Shown one piece after another: positions 53,584-64,000 of a DNA stretch of 64,000 nt. This DNA comes from Octopus vulgaris (lineage: Eukaryota). Position 1 is the first letter of the stretch; each line of letters opens with the position of its first letter. The DNA lies in contig OX597823.1 in NCBI GenBank assembly GCA_951406725.2, positions 113,708,001-113,772,000 of the forward strand, read 5' to 3'. A model generated the notes under the pieces. The model was not told the DNA's origin, made no database searches, and saw nothing but the letters and a program-made list of their open reading frames with translations. A program made the translations under genes and the position numbers.

Positions 53584-55721
53584 TACATTATACTGTTGAA
53601 TATTTTGCCCAGTAGCGTTTTGTGTTTATAAGTAGAGAAGCGCCTCAATTTTTCGAACAAGAGGAAAGATTAATAGTATAGAACAAGTAAACATACTCGG
53701 AAATTAAATCTAAGCGGGATGTGGCATGTAAATTACCGGAAATGTAGCTCCCTCTTTCTATGGATGCTGCAGCTGGATAATTAATTTTTCCTGTATAAAT
53801 TCAGTGAGGAAAATATCAATATATGGGCTTAATTTTTTCAAGCTAAATTTACTGGACATATGTGTGCGGCGTGTGTAAACTAATGGAAACAATCTGGTAC
53901 GATTAATTGATATAGCTGCTAGATGGGCGGAACATGTTTAGTTTGGAGACTCGACAAAGAAACGCTGACATTATGAAATGACTTGGAATATTGAGTAATC
54001 TGATTCATTGTGGCAATAATTGAATTATTTGAATAAAGTAAATGGGAACGAGAAGGCAGGGAAGACAGTAAATATTAAAATTCTGACACATAACGGGAAT
54101 GTTTCAACAAGGAAACCACGCATTAATAAGATAGGTGTTTGTTTGTGTTGTAATCAAGGAAATTGCAATACATCGTAGCAATGAGAAACCAATTTATAAA
54201 TTAGAATTTTAGTTTGGTTTACTGTTCAATGGAAACGTATTTAATTATCCATGTTTCCCTGGGGTTGTTTGTAAATTGCTTTACTTCCCATATTACTAAT
54301 ATATGACAAATATACGTTGTAAATCTCTAAAAGAAATTTATTTGCGTTAAAAATATCTAAATGCTGATTGCGCCGCTCTCATAAATCAATGATATGTAGG
54401 CTGTGTAAAGGATAAATATTTATAGGAACATGCATTGGTGTCATCATTTATTTCCTTTTGTGGCTAATAAAGTAATAGCAATTATATATTACAGTTGTTT
54501 GCATAAAAAATTCACTTCACTTTGCACTACGTATTTATGATAAATATCTGCTGATTATTTCTCCGAGGAAGAAAGATTGTCACAATTTATTTCAAATATT
54601 TCCTGTCGTGTGTTGGATTGTAAACTACAATTTCTTCATATTTCGTAAGGTTTTCATTTGATATTTATGTTATACAATTTTTTAAAAATTATTACCATCA
54701 GTAGAGCGAAAGGAAATGTCTTGCAAAAACATCATATAACTACATTCATGCTTTCAGTTCAATTCTCGACTAGGTAGAATTTACCTTTCATACCAATATG
54801 GCCGCTAAAAGTAAAGTGTTAGTTGAATACTAAGGTTGATTTAAGTAGCTAGATTTAGTTTCTAGATTTCATGACTAGTGTTTCTATAAGAAAACGATAT
54901 TTATGTTGCACATTGGAATAACGTTAATATATCGTTGGGTTAATGCAGAGTCAGATTAACTCAATGGTTCCCAAAGCGTAACTAATATATTTTTATAGAC
55001 GAGTAATTAATTAGAAGTATGTTAGAATTTAGAATCTTCTCTGAAACTAACTACACCAGTCTAATGTTTCTATACGGATTGATTACGTGAATAATAAAGA
55101 ACAGTGTGATGGTGGAGATGGGTCGGATTATGTAATGACAGACTAAATGTAGTATAGTACGTAGTTACTCCGCTGTCAAGACTGATTTGAAATGATATCG
55201 AGGTAAATTCTAACCCGGATCTTTAAATTATTTCCAGTTATGCACTGAACAGTGTCAGTGAAGTAGGACATAGTTTTTAATAGACATACGATTTTAGTTC
55301 CGCTATAAAAAGAAAAATGTATGATTAATTCATCTAGTTTCTTTTCTTTCTAGGCATTCATTGAGAAAAGTTTAGACATCAGAGATATTAGTAGCTTCTA
55401 GCCATTTGTAGTAATATATAGAGTAGAATTAAACTAAAAAGTAACAAAGGATGCACTAACAAAATCTTTTAAATAATTCATTCATTCACAGAGGTTGGAA
55501 CGAGGCAATGCCTCTGCGAAATGAAGGTTGGTGCATTTTGTCAGATGAAGCCCTTATATCACTTGAAACAAGAAAAAATCAGCCTCACTTTCAAGATGTG
55601 CAACCAGATAAAAAAGTATATACTTTGATTCTTTTGATCACTTTCCACAGAAAGGCTACAATTCTAAGATTAATAACAGTTACGTCTTACAAACTGGTTT
55701 TTAAGGTATCCAAAGCAGTAT

Positions 55722-55927
55722 ATATTTCTTTATTGCCCACAAGGGGCTAAAGAGAGAGGGGATAAACAAGGACAGACAAAAGGATTAAGCAGATTACATC
55801 GACCCAAGTGCGAAACTGGTGTTTTATTTATCGACCCCGAAAGGATGAAAAGCAAAGTCGACCTCGGCGGAATTTGAACTAAGAACGTAACGACAGACGA
55901 AATACTGTGTCTGCCAGCTCGCCGCCT
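55722..55927 (-). mobile_element. SINE family B
   Basis: tatttctttattgcccacaaggggctaaa..gtcgacctcggcggaatttgaact..ctgccagctcgccgcc. Confidence 0.88.
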
Positions 55928-56506
55928 TATGTACCCAAAGCAGTATAAATTACTAAAGGTTAGTATGAATTGGTTAGGTTTATTAGAATATGATATATAT
56001 TTTTGTCATAAAGCAGAACAATGTCTCATAAAAAACAATATTTAGATGTTATGATGTTTATTATTTTTTAAAGTTTAAAGTGCATGGACATAAATCAATA
56101 TAGTTTCATATCACTATTTAATCAGAGAGATTGCTAGATTATAGGAATAATGAATATTATTTGCGAAAAGCAGGTGAAATTCATTAATAATGTTAAGTCC
56201 ATTTTCTAAACTGTACGCCTTCTATACTGATTCATAGCCTTGTTTGATTGCAGAATCACGTTATCTTGTTTCACACGCAAGAATTTCTCTTCTACAACTT
56301 CATTGTTTATTAAGATAAATATTGCAGTCGGAATCATCGGAATATGGTAACTGCTTCAATTTTCTATAATTTCATCCAGGATCGATTTATGCTAACGTAC
56401 TTTCCATTATGTTTATTTACTGATATTGATTAAATGTACACCCGGATTTGATTTTTATAACCAACTTTTGATTAAAGCAAAAAAAATATTATTAAATAAA
56501 TACCTA

Positions 56507-56796
56507 TATATTCTGTTGTGTCTGGGAAGAGTCATTTTCTTTTTGTGCCTTATAATGTAACACACTCACCGGTAAAATTTCCACTTATTTCTTATTTTCA
56601 TTTTCCTAAAATTTTCGTTACGTCTTGCATCCTTTTCAGTAGTCTTTTCAAGAGTCAAGACTATTGAAAAGGTTGCAAGATGCAACGAGATTTTTAGGAA
56701 AATAAAAATAAGAAATAAGTGGAAATTTTACCGATGAGTATATTACATTATAATGCACAAAAAGAAAATGACTCTCCCCAGACACAAACAGAATAT
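56507..56796. repeat. ~290-bp foldback with back-to-back hammerhead-like motifs (56606-56642 minus; 56661-56697 plus) with an A8 core
   Basis: Arms pair about ~56651; motifs CUA-(C/U)UGAAAA-G-G(A/U)UGC-AAGA(C/U)-G(U/C)AAC-GA(A/G)A..UUU-UAG. Confidence 0.9.
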
Positions 56797-56880
56797 AGTT
56801 CAACACACGAACTCTTATAAAGAATCTTGCAAACCTAATCCTAAAACGAGTTACCTATATATTGCATTTTAAAGAAATAT

Positions 56881-57270
56881 TTTTACTTGTTTCAGTCATT
56901 AGACTGCGGCCATCCTGGGGCACCACCTTCAAGACTTTTGGTCGAATGAAATGACCCCAGTACTTAATATATTTTTGTAAAGTACGCAATTTATTCTATC
57001 GGTCTCCTTTGCCGAACTGTTAGAATTGGGGATGTAAACACACATAGACTACTTGTCAAGCGATTGTGGCGGACAAACACATGCATAAAATCACACACAC
57101 ACGCACGGACACACACACATATACACGACTGTCTTTTTTTAGCTTCCATCTATGAAATCCCTTCAGAACGCTATGGTAGGCCAGCGGCTGTATTAGAAGG
57201 TACTTACTCAATGTGTTATGTAGTGGAACTGAACCCAGAACGATGTGGTTTGGAAGCAGACTTATTAACG
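56881..57270 (-). mobile_element. SINE family A, degenerate
   Basis: ttttacttgtttcagtcattagactgcggcc..tattctatcggtctc..gtggaactgaaccc. Confidence 0.8.
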
Positions 57271-57444
57271 GATAACTTTCCTTTGATAAAATATTCAGCA
57301 TAACGGAAAAGCAAATCACATTTAACTCCACGGTAACCTGTGTAATTATGCGCATTCCTTTGACCCTACAGAGGTAAATCTTGAAACCATACTGCCGCAT
57401 GCAATAAAAATGCATTCCCGATGTATCTTTAGTGTGATATCCTT

Positions 57445-57792
57445 TTCTACTCTGGGTACAAGGCCTGAAATTTGGTGGGAGGGGGCCAGTCGATTACATC
57501 GACCCCAGTACGCAACTGGTACTTAATCTTTACTGCAATATTATCACGAAACTGTTAGTAAGGCGGCGAGCTGGCAGAAACGTTAGCACGCCGGGTGAAG
57601 TGCTTAGTGGTATTTCGTCTGCTGCTACGTTCTGAGTTCAAATTCCGCCGAGGTCGACTTTGCCTTTTATCCTTTCGGGGTCGATTAAATAAGTAGCAGT
57701 TGCGCAATTGGGTCGATATAATCGACTTAATCCGTTTGTCTGTCCTTGTTTGTCCTCTCAGTGTTTAGCCCCTTGTGGGTAGTAAAGAAATA
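57445..57792. mobile_element. SINE family B: minus fragment (57445-57525) followed by a full plus copy (57562-57792)
   Basis: ggcggcgagctggcagaaacgttagcacg..gagttcaaattccgccgagg..gtgggtagtaaagaaata. Confidence 0.9.
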
Positions 57793-58748
57793 GAGACTGT
57801 TAGTATCTACACCCAGACATATCTACAATGCTAAATGTATTTAAACTGGTGGCTACAGTACTTTCTAGGCACATTAGCAAAATATGTATTCGCAGTTTGT
57901 AATTAGAAGTTCAAAGACACATGTGGATCTGCTGTTCTTCCCTGTAGTTTGTGGTAAAAAAAAAACTGTTCATATTGAATAGATACGATACACTGTTCGG
58001 TGATTATACACTTCACACTATATGCACATTTTCGTTTTTGGGCTATAACATCCCTCATCTAACATGACTCACCTCGTCCCCGAATTTGTCTGCCTTGTTT
58101 GTCCCCTCTATGTTTAGCACCCTGTAGGCTATAAATTCCAATTTTATTTGCTACCACTAATAAGGAAGTTCCTAATAAATAAAAAGAAATAGCTATGTAA
58201 TATTTTAATAAATTTTAAACTTACATTTATAAACAAAATCAAAAGTTATGCAATAATAAAACATGACAGTAGTTTAATTTGTTAATTTAGTTTCGAGTGT
58301 ACATTTTCTTCGTTTCTTTATAAATTATGATTACTACAAGAACTTTGTCATGACAGTTATTATACACGTAGGTAAAGAGAAAATAAGTGAATCTAAGTTT
58401 AAAATTATGAGAAAATAAGGAGAGAAGTCTTATTCCAGTCTATGAGCGACAGTGAAAGTAGATGGGTTTTGAATAATGGCAGTATACCAAAGAGACAATA
58501 AAACTAACATCTCTATTAAGACATATTAATATTGCAATTTTTAAAACTTTATTAACATTTCAAATCGATCCAAACATTGGATATAGTTTTGATTATGCGA
58601 TTGGGTATTATGTGTGCGTTGTGTATGGACTGAGAGTGAGTCAGAGACAGAGAGATAAATAGATGAATAGATAGAGAGGCTGAAAGACAGATAGACAGAG
58701 AGACTGACAAACAGGCACGCAATCAGACAACCAGACAAACAGACAGAC

Positions 58749-58920
58749 ATGTTTCTTTATTAGCCACACAGGGCTGCACACAGACGGGACAGATTACAAA
58801 GTAGAGCTTTTCTTTTGGGGGAGAGAAGAAGAAAAAAGGAGGTGGGTTAGGTTTTCGATCAAAAGGGATCGTAAAAGGGATAGAAGAAAAAAAGGGAACA
58901 AGGGGAAAAAAGAAAACGAT
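58749..58920 (-). mobile_element. Probable LINE 3' tail resembling the SINE B tail
   Basis: Minus strand tgtcccgtctgtgtgcagccctgtgtggctaataaagaaacat versus SINE B tgtttagccccttgtgggcaataaagaaat. Confidence 0.45.
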
Positions 58921-58928
58921 GAATAGGG

Positions 58929-58982
<54 letters not shown>

Positions 58983-60865
58983 CATACCATCACTGCATAT
59001 AATATTGTGATATAAATGTTAAATAAATGTTTTATATTTATCGGGAGTGTAAGAGTAATAGTTAGAATTACTCCTTGCTTTTTAGTATTTGGTGCGAAAA
59101 ATATTTGTCTGTCGATTCTGTGTTTGAACCTCTAAGTAATTATATTTAATGCATCTGTTGTGGATTCAAATACAGTATACAATGAACTAACAGCGCTTTC
59201 CGTTTACATTAATGAAAGTGTTTGTGAATTAATAATCACACATTCTATGTACATCCGTCTACCATGTGTCCGTAATTCTCTACACTGTTGTCATAAAATA
59301 AACATAGGCAAACTTTCAATCTTTCTAGAAAAGAGTGAACAGTTATCAGAAAGCATCATTAATAAACTACTGACAAATTTAAAGTGCTGGATATGTTTTG
59401 CTAAAACGATAAACAAAAGCATAATAAACTAAATTACTTCAAATACATTATGGTTGATAGCTGTGTGCCATCAAAAGGATTCTGAAATATATTTTTTAAA
59501 AAAAGAGCCAAAGTTTATTGTGAACAAACGATTTTGAAATCATAAATATTTCTTCAAAAAGAAATCTTTTATGTCATTATACGTCGTCCGCACCGAAGTG
59601 TGACCAAGTGAATTCTATTGGTAGCGAATAATAAAAATAAAAACACACGTAAATGAACAAAAATCAGTAGTAAAAAAATGGATATCCATTAAGTGGGTGT
59701 GCTTGTAAAATATAATCGACTTCTAGGTATTTGTATCCTATAAAGTGCCAGGAAGACATTTAAGCTGCAATCCTCTCATCATTTTAATGTATGGCTGCTG
59801 TAGTTTGAAAGCAAGTGTAATATTACTAATACAATAATGCAACCCATGAAGATATACAAATACTTCAACATTGTATTGTCTGAAAACTTAGAAGTAATAT
59901 AAATGAATGACATTAACATTTCCGAGTTATTACAAAATACACCACAATTTACGGTTCGATAAGCGTTACGCTCTTTTGAAACATTCAATTTTCTTGTCTG
60001 AGTAAGGTGATTCGGTCAACTAAAATAATATTAATATCTACAGAGCGTATTTATGATCGATCACATGACCAAATATTTACCTCACGATTTGCAAGGTATA
60101 ATGTGAAAATGTTCATATGTGTTATCTCCAGTAGAGGCTTATTTCTTGTAAGTGGATTTCTTATTCATATAATAGTTTTTCCATAAAGTCAGAACTGACA
60201 CAAGAATCAAATGTCGTGTAATCGTAATAGTAGCAATCCTTCGGTGAAGTTACACATCTAACGAAGTGGTGTTTCACATACCACATATATTGCTATTATC
60301 CATAAAGCGGGTGGTAGAATGGTAGGATCGTTAGAGAACCGGCCTTAAATCTCTGAGTACTTGTTTCAAATCTTTAAGTTATGGGCACAAATACTGACAT
60401 GTACAATTCGAGTAATCCATCATAATAATCGATTGTTTTTAACATAGGATGGGGCTACAAATAACTGGGCCTGTCGTTATGTTAGACAATTTTATTTTTC
60501 CCGAATACCTGGTGATGCTTCAGAAGAATATGTATAACAATTTGCAAAATATGTAGTAATATTTCGTTGCGGCATTCTAAGCTTGGTTTCATTTACAGTC
60601 TAGCTCAACTTCCCTTTTAACTTTCCAGAGTCAATAAAGGGCAGTAATGCGTATATACTAGGGGCCTTGACCAACTATAACCACATCAAAAACATATGGT
60701 ATCGCACCAACATTAATCACAAAACATTATGAGTTGCAAGAAATAATATCATCAAAGTTAGGCACAAGGCTAGCAATTTCGGGGAAGTGAAGTAACCGGA
60801 AGAACATTCAGCATTCAAAGATTATACAGATATAAAACAGTGAATAGTTTATTATTTTTTGTGAG

Positions 60866-61112
60866 CTTAGTACTTATTCTATCGGTCATTATGCCGGACC
60901 GCTAGCTTACGGGGACATTAAACACACACGCAGATACATATATATATATATAGAAGACGGGCTTCTTTCAGTTTCCGCCTGCCAAATTCACTCAGAAGGC
61001 CTTAGTTGCCGCGATGCTATAGTAGAAGACATTTGCCCAAGATGCCCCGCAGCGAAACGGAACCCGGAACAATTTGGCTGAGAAGCAATTTGCTTACCAC
61101 ACAGCTACCCCT
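60866..61112 (-). mobile_element. SINE family A, deleted copy
   Basis: tagtacttattctatcggtc..gggcttctttcagtttccg..ttgcccaagatgcc..cttaccacacagc. Confidence 0.8.
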
Positions 61113-61125
61113 GATATATATACAT

Positions 61126-61165
<40 letters not shown>

Positions 61166-61191
61166 GCATACACACACAGATATATATATAT

Positions 61192-61297
<106 letters not shown>

Positions 61298-61390
61298 TAA
61301 TTGAGATTCAGATGAATTACGTACTTAAGTTGAAGCACCAATTCACTCTGATATTATCCGCAATGTGGGGTAAATAAAATCGAAATAAGC

Positions 61391-61647
61391 AACAGGATAT
61401 CAAGTAGTAATGCAGTACGACCGTTTGAAGCAGCTCCATTCGACTGAACAATGCAATTATTAGTGTCTTGCCCCTGTAATTGGGAATTAACATCCTGATT
61501 TAAAGTCTACCCCTACGCTGCCTCTAGTCTCAGATTTAATAGATGATAAGGAGATAAATTACAAATGAATTACACCCTTTACAACGCTATGACCCCATTA
61601 TGTTCCGCCTGAAACGGTCGTACTGCATTACTACTTGATAACCTGTT
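61391..61647. repeat. 36-bp inverted arms (61391-61426 / 61612-61647) carrying a hammerhead 3' half GAAAC-GGUC-GUA
   Basis: aacaggatatcaagtagtaatgcagtacgaccgttt versus aaacggtcgtactgcattactacttgataacctgtt. Confidence 0.75.
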
Positions 61648-61666
61648 TCCTATTTTGAAGATGTAA

Positions 61667-61838
61667 GCAGGAGTGGCTGTGTGGTAAGTAACTTGTTTAT
61701 CAACCACATCGTACCGTGTTCATTTCCACTGTGTGGCACCTTGGGAAAGTGTCTTCTACTGTAGCCTCAGGCCAACCAAAGCCTTGTGAGTGGATTTGGT
61801 AGACGGAAACTGAAAGAAGCACGTCGTATATATGTATG

Positions 61839-61869
<31 letters not shown>

Positions 61870-62105
61870 ATGTGTGTGTGTGTGTGTGTGTGTGTATGTA
61901 TATGTTTGTGTGTCTGTGTTTGTCCCCCCAACATCGTTTGTCAACAGATGGTGGTATGTTTACGTCCCCGTAACTTAGCGGTTCGGCAAAACAGACCGAT
62001 AGAACAAGTACTAGGCTTACAAAGAATAAGTCCGGGGTCGATGTGTTCGACTAAAGGCGGTGCTACAGCATGGCCACAGTCATATGACTGAAACAAGTAA
62101 AAGAG
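61667..62105 (+). mobile_element. SINE family A, near full length
   Basis: Colinear with 34493-34895. Confidence 0.9.
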
Positions 62106-62387
62106 AATATATATATATATATATATATTCCTCCTTAATTCCTTGTTCCTCTTTTTATCTCTCTTCTCCCCCTCCTTAATTCCTCTGGCCCTCTTTTCCC
62201 CTCTCTTCTCTTCACACGTAACTGACTGACCGACTACTGGCCTTTTGGGTCTGTCAGCGGTCGTGGTAACATCAACCTTTTTTTCTCTGCCCCAAGGCAC
62301 ATTCCTAACACGCTAGCTGAATTTAATTCGTCTAAGTCGAAACACGCCTGTTTTCGATGTCCTACTATTGTTGTTGTTGTTGTTGTG

Positions 62388-62444
<57 letters not shown>

Positions 62445-64000
62445 GTTTTTACGTATTATTTTTGTATTCATATTCGTGTAACATCGTCCGTTTTTCCGTC
62501 CTTGTTTTGTATACATTCGAAGCTTTCTTCCAAGGAATCTAATGCGCTTAGCTTAGTTTTTCCTTGGGGCTGGCCAGATTGGAGCAATCTCAAGATTAAT
62601 CATCCGAAATTGCGAGGATGATCCGGTTCTTGACTGAAGAATATCCCGTCCGTGTTTTTTGTATCGTCTTCTAAATGTTTCGCGTTCTTGTCCCAGTTTG
62701 TATTTTATATATATATATATATATATAATAATAATAAATATTAGGGAGTAAATCCAAACTTACAGGGAAAAATCAGATTTAGTATTGAATCCAATTTTAT
62801 AGTAAAATATTATATTATATTAAATTAGAGATAAAACCACTATTAGGCAAATCATACAATGAAAAACTTAAGCCAATACATAAGATTATTTAATGTATAT
62901 TATTTAAATATATAACAAAATTATTAAAAAAATATAATTAATATAACACTACGATCGTATATATATATACATAGATACATTATACATACATATATAGCGG
63001 GCCTATTTCGGTTTTCGTTTACCAAATCTAGTCACAAGGTAATGGTTGACACGGGTGTCTTTATAAGTAAAGAATAATATATATTAATCTATGTCATTAC
63101 TACTTTACTATTCATCGAATGTTTGCATATTCAGATGAAGCTGGAATGTCATTTTACCACATTTTCTCCTATGTATTTCAGCCAGAGGCCGAGGCCACGC
63201 TGGAGCACCGCCTTTACTGCATCCGGGAGTTTTACAGTATTTCTTCTGGTGAAGTAGTGAGTTGGACATTGTTGCTCTTCTTTGTGGCTCCTGCCGCTAT
63301 GTGGGTCCGTCTGGTATTTCAGATGTTTGTATTACAACTAGATGAGCGCTGTAAACTTGGCAAGTGTCCCCTACCTTTGTTTCTACTTGATCAAAACTTC
63401 CCTCTTTTTTAAGATAACCATTGATTAATCTGTCTCATTCTTTCCCTATCTCTCGTCTACTCTCTCTCTCTCTCACTCTCGCAGACACTTTGTTTTTGCT
63501 ATCAATCAAAATCTGCTCTCATGACTTCTCTTCATTTTTTAATGTCACCCTTTTTTGTGTTCCGTAATATCCTTCTGTCCTATCTTTTTATCAATGTTTT
63601 TAATAATCTCTCACTATGTCTTCATGTATGTAACTCTTTGTGGCGTGAATCCTTTGCCCAACCTCTATTCACCTGTTATTCCCTAGAATGCATCACTGTA
63701 ATGCAACTGGTGGTGTCCAACCACCACCAGTTGCACTGCCATTTTCCTTCTTTCCTCTTCTGTTACTCGCACTAATTAGTTCTGTATCATTATTCCAGTT
63801 ATTATAAACCTCATATTTTATTGCTCAGCTCATTGCTGGTTGTCGGCTAACGGTTTCCATCGTAAACGGCCACTTTCCGCTCTACGAATTTATGAAATTC
63901 GCTTCTTTTTAAAACACTTTCTCCCTTTTCTACACCAGAGGCACAGTTTTCTCCTTCAAGCGTAAGAGAAAACGAATGGATTGGAAAATGCGAATCCATC

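Noticed and set aside
59779-59880. Minus-strand acceptor followed by the hydrophobic peptide MLKYLYIFMGCIIVLVILHLL
   Set aside because: Stops after 30 codons with no donor; hydrophobic runs are expected from T-rich DNA
63119-63412. 97-aa ORF with an apparent tttcag acceptor
   Set aside because: The acceptor and following sequence are a degenerate SINE A tail (cgctggagcaccgccttta)

Overview
A very AT-rich, microsatellite-saturated eukaryotic intergenic/intronic window with no complete host gene. The SINE families and the (TA)n/(CA)n/(TAGA)n/(AAT)n load resemble an Octopus (cephalopod) genome; this is an inference. Most ORFs in the track are translations of simple repeats. The real coding remnants are transposon-derived: Tc1 and mariner transposases, a Ty3/Gypsy integrase, two R4/Dong-like RLE non-LTR retrotransposons in (AAT)n, and an L1/Tx1-like ORF1. 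Also present are three tRNA-type SINE families, two Helitrons (one with an empty-site paralog in the window), a HINE, and piggyBac/Tc1 MITEs. The main hidden signal is a set of about ten short non-coding element families, mostly inserted in (TA)n tracts and often folded back as long inverted repeats. They carry minimal type I hammerhead-ribozyme motifs. Cores include canonical C3-G8 and the compensated variants G3-C8 and U3-A8, as well as U4C, consistent with Penelope-like pLTR or retrozyme-like elements. One strong candidate host exon lies on the minus strand at 50485-50551. All structures were read by eye; no activity has been tested.
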